Below the pieces are notes generated by a model. That model was not told the DNA's origin. It saw only the letters and a program-made list of their open reading frames with translations, and did no database searches. The translations under genes and the position numbers were made by a program. From the NCBI GenBank assembly GCA_963700155.1, contig OY969472.1, forward strand, positions 2,058 to 66,057: DNA of 64,000 bases, given 5' to 3'. The DNA comes from an uncultured bacterium (lineage in GTDB: Bacteria; Patescibacteriota; Dojkabacteria; J137). Below are positions 56,321-64,000 of this stretch, in pieces. Position 1 is the stretch's first letter; the number at the start of each line of letters is the position of its first letter.

Positions 56321-56878
56321 ATGGCAGACACAACAAATCTTTATAGAGGAATGATTATAAAATTCAATAATGAACCTCATATTCTAGTAGAAAAAGAATT
56401 TAGATCAATGGGAAAAGGAGCGGCTTTTAATAGAGTTAGACTTCAAAATATAAAATCCGGTAAATTTTTTGAAACTGTTTTTAAATCAGGTGAGAAAGTT
56501 GAAGAACTAGATGTTGAAAAAAGGAATATGCAATATCTATATATTGATGGAAATAATGCCGTCTTTATGGATCCAGATAATTACGAACAGATTAATGTTA
56601 AGTTAGACATAATCCCAGGTGGTACAGACTATTTACATCCAGATGCGAAATATATAATGTCAATTTATGAAGGGGAAGTTATATATATCCAAATTCCACA
56701 AAAAATAACATTACAAGTAACTGAAACTGCAGATACTGTGAAGGGTAATACTGTAAACAATGCTTTAAAAGAAGCAACAGTTGAAACAGGAGCTAAAGTA
56801 CAAATTCCAATGTTTATAAAAACTGGAGATAGAATTGTAATTAATACTGAGTCCGGTAATTATTTCTCAAAAGAATAA
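56321..56878 (+). CDS. efp: elongation factor P
   Basis: The KGAAFNRVRLQNIKSGK region contains the conserved modifiable Lys (GKGAAF). The 185-aa length fits. Confidence 0.9.
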   Translation: MADTTNLYRGMIIKFNNEPHILVEKEFRSMGKGAAFNRVRLQNIKSGKFFETVFKSGEKVEELDVEKRNMQYLYIDGNNAVFMDPDNYEQINVKLDIIPGGTDYLHPDAKYIMSIYEGEVIYIQIPQKITLQVTETADTVKGNTVNNALKEATVETGAKVQIPMFIKTGDRIVINTESGNYFSKE

Positions 56879-57987
56879 TGAAAACCTGGCAGATTTTAAA
56901 AAATAATCCTGAACTTTTCCAAAGATATTACACAAAAGAGTATATAATCAAAGCCTGCCGAATATTTTTTGAACATAGAAATTATCATGAATTGGAAAGT
57001 CCAATAATCACATCTTCTCTTCCACAGGAAAGATATTTAGATGTTCTTGAAACTAAAATCACTTTAAAAGACAAAGATGATATTAATGCATATATTATTC
57101 CTACAACAGAAACTTTCAATAAAAAGATTTTAGCAGCAGGTTTAGGAGAGCATTTTGTAATCACCAAAGTTGCAAGAGGTACTGAAGAAATTAGTCCAAA
57201 TCATAGTCCTGAATTTACCATGCTTGAATGGTACCATTTGAATGCAGATTATTTTGATTTAATGAATGATACTGAAGATTTAATTATTTTTATAAAGAAA
57301 TTTTTAGATCTTGCTTTAAATACTCCAAGAGAAAAACTTAATGAAATATTCTCAATGAGTTTTGATGAAATTAATAACCACAAGACAGATCTAAAAATTT
57401 CTTACAAAGGACAGATAATTGATCTAAGTAAAGGTTGGAATAAAATTTCAATTCCTGATATTTTAAAAAATCAACTCGGTATAGAACTTTCTGATATTCA
57501 AGATAAAAGTAAATTATATAAATATATTGATTCGAAAGGATATTCTGTTTCCAAAAACGATGATTGGCAGACTCTTTTTGAGCTTATTTTTACTGCAGAA
57601 ATCGAAGGGAAACTTCCAAATGATAAGCCCACTTTTGTATATAATTACCCAAAACAACTTTGCCCTTTAACTAAAGTAAATGAAGAAAACCCACTAGTTT
57701 CAGAAAAAGTAGAGCTTTACTTTGGTGGAAAAGAAATTGCAAATGGTTATTCAGAACTTTCTAACTGGAAAGAACAAGAAAAAAGATTTTTAGAAGAACA
57801 AAAAGCAAGAAAAGAATTGGGTAAAAAAGAAGTAAAAATGGATATCGATCTTATTGAAGCAATAAAAAGCGGGATTCCAAGAGTTGCAGGAATTGGAATG
57901 GGATTAGATAGAGTTGCAATGATCTTTGCAAATGCAGATAATATTTCAGATATTAATTACTTTCCTTCAAGTGAATGGATTGAATAA
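56878..57987 (+). CDS. epmA: EF-P lysine aminoacylase EpmA (PoxA/GenX), a class-II LysRS paralog
   Basis: NPEFTMLEWY, KPTFVYNYP, VELYFGGKEIANGYSEL and GIGMGLDRVAM are collinear with E. coli EpmA. It overlaps the efp stop codon. Confidence 0.85.
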   Translation: MKTWQILKNNPELFQRYYTKEYIIKACRIFFEHRNYHELESPIITSSLPQERYLDVLETKITLKDKDDINAYIIPTTETFNKKILAAGLGEHFVITKVARGTEEISPNHSPEFTMLEWYHLNADYFDLMNDTEDLIIFIKKFLDLALNTPREKLNEIFSMSFDEINNHKTDLKISYKGQIIDLSKGWNKISIPDILKNQLGIELSDIQDKSKLYKYIDSKGYSVSKNDDWQTLFELIFTAEIEGKLPNDKPTFVYNYPKQLCPLTKVNEENPLVSEKVELYFGGKEIANGYSELSNWKEQEKRFLEEQKARKELGKKEVKMDIDLIEAIKSGIPRVAGIGMGLDRVAMIFANADNISDINYFPSSEWIE

Positions 57988-58735
57988 AAACCCAAATGAT
58001 ATAACCGCATCAATTTACGATAAAGTAATTAAACCACTAAAACCGGGTGAAGTTACAGATGAAGAAATTTCTTTAGTTAATTCTTTGGTCGAACCAGGTT
58101 CAAAAATACTAGACATAGGAGGAGGAACTGGCAGACATTCAATAACTTTAGCCAAAGAAGGATATAAAATTTCTGTTGTAGATTCATCCCTTGGGATGTT
58201 GAATAATTTAACTCCTAAAATAGAAAAACTAAAACTTAAAAAAGAAAATATACAAGTTTTCTATAATGATATTTTTGATAAAGATTTTGACGAAGACTCT
58301 TTTGATTTTATTATACTTTTTTGGAATAGTTTTAATGAGATTGTATTAACAGACGAACAGGCAGAATTATTTTTTGAAAAAGTAAGTAAATGGTTAACTA
58401 AAGATGGTGGTATTTTAATTAATATAGATGATTCTGAAAAAGTAAATCCAGCTAATTTTGATTTTAAAACAACTTACCAAGAAGACGGTTACACCTATAA
58501 ACTTCATTGGAAAACTAAAAGCTATGATTCAAAAACTAATACCTCTGTATCACTTGAATCAATTGATATGTTAGATAAAGATAACAAACTTTTAGATAGT
58601 TTTAAAAATAAGATTATTCAACGATATTGGAGTCTTGAAGAATTAGAGAACTTTGCGAGGAATTCAGCTTTTAAAATTGAAAGGTTGAAATTTAAACTTA
58701 ACGAGGAACTTTATCTTTTATTGACTAGAAGCTGA
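57932..58735 (+). CDS. class I SAM-dependent methyltransferase
   Basis: Motif I ILDIGGGTGRHS and an acidic loop VVDSS. The start is uncertain: ATG 57932, GTG 57971 and TTG 57980 all overlap the 3' end of epmA in another frame. Confidence 0.6.
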   Translation: MQIIFQILITFLQVNGLNKNPNDITASIYDKVIKPLKPGEVTDEEISLVNSLVEPGSKILDIGGGTGRHSITLAKEGYKISVVDSSLGMLNNLTPKIEKLKLKKENIQVFYNDIFDKDFDEDSFDFIILFWNSFNEIVLTDEQAELFFEKVSKWLTKDGGILINIDDSEKVNPANFDFKTTYQEDGYTYKLHWKTKSYDSKTNTSVSLESIDMLDKDNKLLDSFKNKIIQRYWSLEELENFARNSAFKIERLKFKLNEELYLLLTRS

Positions 58736-60048
58736 ATTCCTCTACATGCAGCATATCTTCAGTAACCTTCTCTTTTTTTAATATCTTTTTAAGTGAATCG
58801 GTCATAATTTTTGGACCACATAAATAAATCATATACGATTTTAGCGGGTCTTTTAGATACTTTTTCAGGAGATCAGCTGTAATAAAACCAAATTCGTGAG
58901 TTGGATCTTTAGATTTCTCTTTGCTAAGAACATAAATACATTTAAAATTCGGATTCTTTTGCATTGCATTATCCAATTTAGATTTAAATGCAATATCTTT
59001 ATCATCTTGACTACCATAAAACATCCATATTTTTTCTGGATAATCAGCGGGATTAAATTCAATATCTTCAATTAAATCTAAGAATGGAGTTGCTCCAATT
59101 CCTCCAACAATTAAAACCAATTTCTCTTTAGTTTTATAAGCTTCATCAACAAAAGTCCCATAAGGTCCATCCATTAGAACTTCTTGCCCTATTTCCAAAT
59201 CTTTTAAACTTACACTATATTTCCCAAGAAATTTTACTCCAAAAGTAATATCATGGTTGTTATCATGATAATCCGAAACACTAAATGGATGAGCTTCTCC
59301 AAAAACCTGTCTTTTGCAAATATAAATATTGCCCAGGTCTGGATTTCAATACTTTATTAATTGGTGACAATGTTAAATCTATCACATTAGGAGTATCGTA
59401 AACTATAGATTTAACTTTGTATTTTGCCCTCCCTAAAATACCAAACTGAAATAATATTCTATATATAACAATAAAAATAAATATTACAAACAAAATATCA
59501 AAATAAGTTTTAAGAAGAGGACTTTCTAAAAAGATTCCAGAATTAACACTATGGAAATAAACTAATACAAATAGAAAATAATTTAATAGATGAATCATCT
59601 TCCATGGCCTGAATCCAATCTTTTCTTTAAGAAAAGCACTCAAAACCCAAATAACTGCTAATATTATAAATCCTATTGTACCAACGGATACCCAAAAACT
59701 ATATTGAGTTTCAAAACCCAAAATTGTTAAATTAAACCCCTGAATCCAGTTGTCTATAAGCATTAAGACTGGATGAAGTGTAATAAAGATAAAGCCATAT
59801 TTTGCTAAAAGTCCATGAAGCTCATTACTCCAAGTTAATTCTACAGTGAAAATTCGTAAAACTGATCTTGTACCAATTACAAATTCCCACCACAACATTA
59901 GATATCCAACCAAACCTAAAATATCAGCAATTATCCAGAGTTCATCACCTTCGTCAAAAAACCCAGTTAGAATAAACTTGTATGAAAAAATAAACAGAAT
60001 AAGAAAACTTAAAATGAATACTGTGACTAAGATTATTTTTCCTTTCAT
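58725..60048 (-). pseudogene. NOX/ferric-reductase-family flavocytochrome (FRE transmembrane domain plus FAD- and NAD-binding domains), split by a frameshift in a homopolymer run
   Basis: The upstream ORF (59281-60048) has 6 TM helices with two His pairs (HGLLAKYGFIFITLH, HLLNYFLFVLVYFH) and ends RPGQYLYLQKTGFWRSSSI*. The frame of the downstream ORF (58725-59198) stays open upstream and reads QVFGEAHPFSVSD...GPYG...LVLIVGGIGATP. The two parts join if one T is removed from GGTTTTTGG (forward-strand CCAAAAACC at 59299-59307). Confidence 0.6.
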
Positions 60049-60062
60049 AAAAGTATTTTACA

Positions 60063-60959
60063 TTAATTCAAAACACCTTTGTATCCTTTACTTCTAAAAA
60101 ATTTTTTATTAGGAAAGACTATTAAATACTCTACCTCAAGATTTTTAGCGATACTATCCGCTTTTTCTGGTTCTGAAATAAATATTGCAGTACTTGCTAA
60201 ATCAGCATTAATTATACTTTTAGACTGAGTAAATACAGCTGAAGTATTATTAACGCTACCTCCTGAATTGAAATCTATTAAATGATGATAGACTTCTCCA
60301 GTTCTTCTATCTTTCCATGCTCTTCGAGTTGGAGAAGAACATGCAATTGCTTCATTAGCTATCTTAATAGAACCGATCATTTCAGTATCATCAAAAGGAT
60401 TTTCCAAGGCAAACTCATGTTCATTGTCATTAGAGTCTTTAACATAAATATCACCACCACCATTAATTAAGTAATTTTTTAATTTGAATTCATTAAGACT
60501 CTTTTTAAATTTGTTAATTAACCATCCTTTTCCAATACCTCCTAGATCAATTCTGGCATCTTTAGATATTCTTATTAAATCCTTGGTTAAAGTATAAATT
60601 TTCAAATCATCTGGTGAATAGTTTTTAGGTTTGCTTGAAAATGTATAATTAGCATCATAGCCTAAATCTTCTAATTGAGTACCTACACAAACATTGAAAT
60701 GACCATCTGTTAATTCTCTGACTTTCTCAGAAGTTTTTAACATTTCATATAACTCAAGTGGAAAATCCGAAATAGATTTTTCTCTATTAAGTTTTGAAAT
60801 GAGGCTGTTTTCTTTAAATCGTGAATATTTTTCATCAAATTCATGCAAGATATTGAGTATGTTATTCTGGACTTCAGAAAACAGCCTCTCTTCTATTTTG
60901 TCTGGGATAGTTATCCACCAATGAGTACCAATTCCCTCAAATTTAAAAGTGTCTGTCAT
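60063..60959 (-). CDS. apbE: FAD:protein FMN transferase (ApbE family)
   Basis: FEGIGTHWW, SLISKLN, DLGGIGKGWLIN, LINGGGDIY, YHHLIDFNSG and INADLASTA match the ApbE motif series. Confidence 0.85.
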   Translation of the reverse strand: MTDTFKFEGIGTHWWITIPDKIEERLFSEVQNNILNILHEFDEKYSRFKENSLISKLNREKSISDFPLELYEMLKTSEKVRELTDGHFNVCVGTQLEDLGYDANYTFSSKPKNYSPDDLKIYTLTKDLIRISKDARIDLGGIGKGWLINKFKKSLNEFKLKNYLINGGGDIYVKDSNDNEHEFALENPFDDTEMIGSIKIANEAIACSSPTRRAWKDRRTGEVYHHLIDFNSGGSVNNTSAVFTQSKSIINADLASTAIFISEPEKADSIAKNLEVEYLIVFPNKKFFRSKGYKGVLN

Positions 60960-60965
60960 AGAATT

Positions 60966-61373
60966 TTAATTAACTTGTGACTGAATATCTTTTAAAGCTT
61001 CTAAAAATGCTGCAGAAGTAGCTGATGAGCCACTTACAGCATGAAGGTCAAAATTGTTTTTTATCGATTTTCCTACTACTAAATTATTAATACTTTCTGA
61101 GAAATTACTTTGATATCTACTGCTAGTTTTATTACTTGAAGTATTTTTTACAACAAGATTATTTATTGTGTCACCCTCTAAATAAACAGTAACATCAATC
61201 TGCTCTGTACCCTCTGGTGAAGCATACTTTTTTGTTGCTGTATATGAATTACCAGAATTATTAATTATATTATTTTCTTTGACAGTAGAATTATTATTTA
61301 ATATTAAAATAATTACTATTACCATTACTAAAGCGATTATTACCCCAGCTACAATTAAAGTTCTGTTTTTCAT
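60966..61373 (-). CDS. membrane-anchored FMN-binding-domain protein, a probable ApbE substrate
   Basis: N-terminal TM helix. C-terminal AVSGSSATSAAFLEAL resembles the FMN_bind flavinylation motif ((S/T)GA(T/S)(S/T)). It lies immediately upstream of apbE on the same strand. Confidence 0.5.
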   Translation of the reverse strand: MKNRTLIVAGVIIALVMVIVIILILNNNSTVKENNIINNSGNSYTATKKYASPEGTEQIDVTVYLEGDTINNLVVKNTSSNKTSSRYQSNFSESINNLVVGKSIKNNFDLHAVSGSSATSAAFLEALKDIQSQVN

Positions 61374-61431
61374 AGAGATAAATTAACTAAATAAGAAATT
61401 ATTTACAATTTAATATATAAATGATTCTCTT

Positions 61432-62196
61432 TCAATCAAAAATATATTTAAAAACACTTAGAATCGCAATTGCAGCAGTTTCACTTCGCAGAATAGTATT
61501 ACCAAAACTAACAAACTCGAGATTAGAATTTTTTGAAAGTGAATGCTCATTTGGTGAAAAGCCACCTTCAGGTCCTATGATATAAGCTATTTTTTTATAT
61601 TTTTCTTCATTACTTTCAAAAAATTCTTTTAAATTCATTGTAGTTTGCGATTCTTTAATATTGTCTCTAGGAATTGTGAAAAAGAAAACGATATCAAATT
61701 TATCTTTTAAATTTATTGCTTCTTTAAAACTTATCGGTTCTGATATATCAGGGATTTTAACTCTTTCAGATTGTTTTGATGCTGCGATTGTTACCTTTTT
61801 CCATCTTGATAGTCTTTTTAAAGCAACATCTCTTTTAATCTGAGAGAATTCAGTTTCAATCGGAACAATATTATCGATTCCTAATTCAGTAGTTTTTTCA
61901 ATAACCAAGTCGAATTTATTAGATCTTAAAAGCGATTGAAACAAGGTGATCTCTACACCACTTTCTTCGCTAAAATCTGCAACTTTAAGAATTTTCTTAA
62001 TATGAGCTGTAACAAATTCTCTACCAACTACATTCAATTCTGCTAAATATTCCTTTTCTCCATTAAAGAGAATTATTTCATTCCCTTTTTTCAATCTCAA
62101 AACATTTCTTATATGTTTGATATCACTATCTTGTAGTTTTACACTACTGTTGATTGTTAAATTAGTTCTTTCAGTAAAAAATCTATTTAGTCTCAT
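61432..62196 (-). CDS. rsmE: 16S rRNA (uracil1498-N3)-methyltransferase RsmE
   Basis: N-terminal MRLNRFF...HIRNVLRLKKGNEIILFNG PUA-like region and a C-terminal SPOUT knot. It shares an ATGA overlap with the upstream gene. Confidence 0.85.
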   Translation of the reverse strand: MRLNRFFTERTNLTINSSVKLQDSDIKHIRNVLRLKKGNEIILFNGEKEYLAELNVVGREFVTAHIKKILKVADFSEESGVEITLFQSLLRSNKFDLVIEKTTELGIDNIVPIETEFSQIKRDVALKRLSRWKKVTIAASKQSERVKIPDISEPISFKEAINLKDKFDIVFFFTIPRDNIKESQTTMNLKEFFESNEEKYKKIAYIIGPEGGFSPNEHSLSKNSNLEFVSFGNTILRSETAAIAILSVFKYIFD

Positions 62197-62855
62197 GATT
62201 GATTATTTTGACTTTCAATTTGATTAATTAAATCCCCAACTTTTGTTTTTAAGTCACCAAATGATGTCAAAGTAAATACTTTCCCATAGATCAGAACTGT
62301 TGGTGTTGATTGAGTCCCAGTCAAACTTATTACTTTTTGTTTTTCTTGTTTAATAATATTTTTTACCTCATCACCATTCATATCTGTTTGAAATTTATTA
62401 ACATCCAACCCAAGTTTTTGAGCAAGTTGAACTGGATCAACAGGATTTCCATAAAAAGATTTATCTGTATCACTATAAGTAAAGTCTGTATTATTTGGAT
62501 CTCTTTGATAAGAAACCCATTTAAATAAGTCATAACTGTAATCATCAAATTTACCCTGCATTCTTGCTGCTTCAGAAGCATATGCATAAGTTATTGAAGA
62601 ATCTGCCAGAAAAGGAAGATTCTTAGTTTCAACATCAACTTTATCACCATAGGTTGTTTTTACATCTCTCACATAATTTTCGAAATCTGCACAATGAGGA
62701 CAGTTATAATCGACATAAACATCAACTTTCACAGGTAAAGTTTCATTTACTGCAGTAATGCTGTTATTTTTTTGATTACTTAAAAGTACAAGAAAACCAC
62801 CACCTAAAACTAATATTAAGACTATCCATACTACACTTGGTATTTTCATAAACAA
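62193..62855 (-). CDS. DsbA-like thiol:disulfide oxidoreductase (thioredoxin fold), membrane-anchored
   Basis: N-terminal TM helix. CPHC active site within VDYNCPHCADFENYV. Confidence 0.75.
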   Translation of the reverse strand: MFMKIPSVVWIVLILVLGGGFLVLLSNQKNNSITAVNETLPVKVDVYVDYNCPHCADFENYVRDVKTTYGDKVDVETKNLPFLADSSITYAYASEAARMQGKFDDYSYDLFKWVSYQRDPNNTDFTYSDTDKSFYGNPVDPVQLAQKLGLDVNKFQTDMNGDEVKNIIKQEKQKVISLTGTQSTPTVLIYGKVFTLTSFGDLKTKVGDLINQIESQNNQS

Positions 62856-62860
62856 TTTTA

Positions 62861-63970
62861 TTAATAATTTAGATCAAAATCAGAATACAAAACTAATAAT
62901 TTCCTTCCACTTTCCTTTGCTGAATACTTATTAGCAGTTGCCAAAGCATTATATCTCATAAATTGTAAATCCTCCCAATTTTTATAAATATCTTTAATCT
63001 TATTTATTAACCCATCAATGTTTTCAACAATAAACCCATTTGATTCATTTACTACAACTTCACTTCCACCATTAGAATTGCTGCTAATAATATATACACC
63101 TCTACTCATTGCCTCTAACAGAGTGAACGGCATAGCTTCGCGTATGCTTGGAAGAACATAAATATCTGAATTTGCTAATTCTGCAATAAATTCTTCTTCG
63201 TTATATTTTTTTTGAATAATTTCAACATTAGATAATTCTGAACTAAAATCTTGGTATCCACTTAGTGGTCCAACAATTTTAAAATTATATTGTTGTAGTT
63301 TTGAAGCGGCCTGAATGATCCATTCAGGCCGCTTGACTGGATCAATTCTTCCCATATAAATTATTGAATTCTTTGGTTTAGCATCAATTATATTAGGCTT
63401 ATTTTTCAAAAAAATATCTTTAATCCCATTTGAAATTAATATAGAGTTTTTTAAACCTAAATTTAAAAGATATTTGTTTTCCCATTTACTTATTCTTATT
63501 ACTCTTGAGTATATTTTTAATTCCCACCAACCAATGAATATATCATAAAGCGTATCAATAATTTTCAATAATACTGGTCTCTGCGTATCTTTCTCAAAAG
63601 GAGCATGAGTAGTTAAAAAAATTGTTTTTGAATTTAATTTACCCCAAATTAATGAAAGTAAACTATGAGGATGTCTATATCCATGGGTATGAATAATTTC
63701 AGGATTTACTTTATGTATCTTGCCTAAAAAATTCCAAAACATAGATGTACCGCCAAGTTTAAGAAAAACATTAAACCTATAAATCTTTAATCCTTCATAT
63801 TCTTCATAATCTGAAGACTTATCTTTTGTTCCTTTAATAATGTTTGACGAAAAGATAGAAACATCATAACCATTATCTCGTAATGTAATTGCATCATTGT
63901 AAACACGAGTCCAGATACCACAAGCTGAAGGATAAGAGAATGGACATAATATCAGGACTTTTTTATTCAT
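62861..63970 (-). CDS. GT4-family glycosyltransferase
   Basis: C-terminal EAMPFTLLEAMSRGVYIISS (E-x7-E motif) and the GT-B fold length. Confidence 0.75.
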   Translation of the reverse strand: MNKKVLILCPFSYPSACGIWTRVYNDAITLRDNGYDVSIFSSNIIKGTKDKSSDYEEYEGLKIYRFNVFLKLGGTSMFWNFLGKIHKVNPEIIHTHGYRHPHSLLSLIWGKLNSKTIFLTTHAPFEKDTQRPVLLKIIDTLYDIFIGWWELKIYSRVIRISKWENKYLLNLGLKNSILISNGIKDIFLKNKPNIIDAKPKNSIIYMGRIDPVKRPEWIIQAASKLQQYNFKIVGPLSGYQDFSSELSNVEIIQKKYNEEEFIAELANSDIYVLPSIREAMPFTLLEAMSRGVYIISSNSNGGSEVVVNESNGFIVENIDGLINKIKDIYKNWEDLQFMRYNALATANKYSAKESGRKLLVLYSDFDLNY

Positions 63971-64000
63971 ACACGTATTTTACAATATTAAAATGAAATA

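Noticed and set aside
1-64000. Alternative genetic code (TAG or TGA reassignment) as an explanation for the msrA in-frame TAGs
   Set aside because: TAG terminates well-defined genes here, including ddl, rarA, pepF, murF and the beta-lactamase-fold hydrolase. TGA terminates others, including two ATGA start/stop overlaps. Conserved C-termini do not extend past these stops. The standard code is therefore retained.

Overview
This 64 kb window is AT-rich (roughly 30% GC) and densely coding. It uses the standard bacterial genetic code: TAA, TAG and TGA all terminate clearly recognisable genes, and two ATGA start/stop overlaps use TGA as a stop. The gene content suggests a small-genome, low-GC bacterium, possibly Patescibacteria/CPR-like, that still makes peptidoglycan (MurF, Ddl) and depends on salvage and repair. 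The phylum guess is inference only.

Housekeeping genes I can support from the sequence:
- P1B-type ATPase, MscL, RarA, RadA, 3-methyladenine glycosylase (Mpg)
- MurF-like ligase, GNAT acetyltransferase, Ddl
- phosphoketolase, oligoendopeptidase F (PepF)
- MsrA (interrupted), MsrB, EF-P with EpmA
- RsmE, ApbE, a DsbA-like thiol oxidoreductase
- two ABC transporter systems, and a MarR gene followed by a two-gene ABC exporter

The regions I think deserve attention:
1. A 10.9 kb gene encodes a 3636-aa protein. It has an N-terminal CheY-like receiver domain, membrane segments, beta-helix-like repeats, about 15 tandem Ig-like repeats, and a C-terminal region alternating TM helices with CarboxypepD_reg-like domains.
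2. A tRNA-Gly(TCC) locus carries tandem 107-bp repeats upstream of the tRNA. Downstream there are at least four decayed copies of the tRNA 3' end, which look like serial att sites. These bound small, higher-GC islets containing a beta-lactamase-fold hydrolase, a GC-rich micro-gene with textbook expression signals, and a cassette of an Ogg-like glycosylase, a frameshifted Tmk-like kinase, a PfkB kinase and MazG.
3. A same-strand cluster encodes a stand-alone LigD polymerase/primase domain, a TIM-barrel protein, RarA and a hypothetical protein. A Tmk-like kinase and UmuD lie nearby. No Ku, ligase or UmuC is present in the window.
4. A NOX/ferric-reductase-family gene is split by a homopolymer frameshift. 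It sits next to ApbE, an FMN-binding membrane protein and a DsbA-like protein, which suggests an extracytoplasmic redox module.
5. msrA has two in-frame TAG codons between its ATG and a conserved motif.
6. Operator-like inverted repeats lie upstream of radA and marR.

No CRISPR array, rRNA gene or integrase gene was found.
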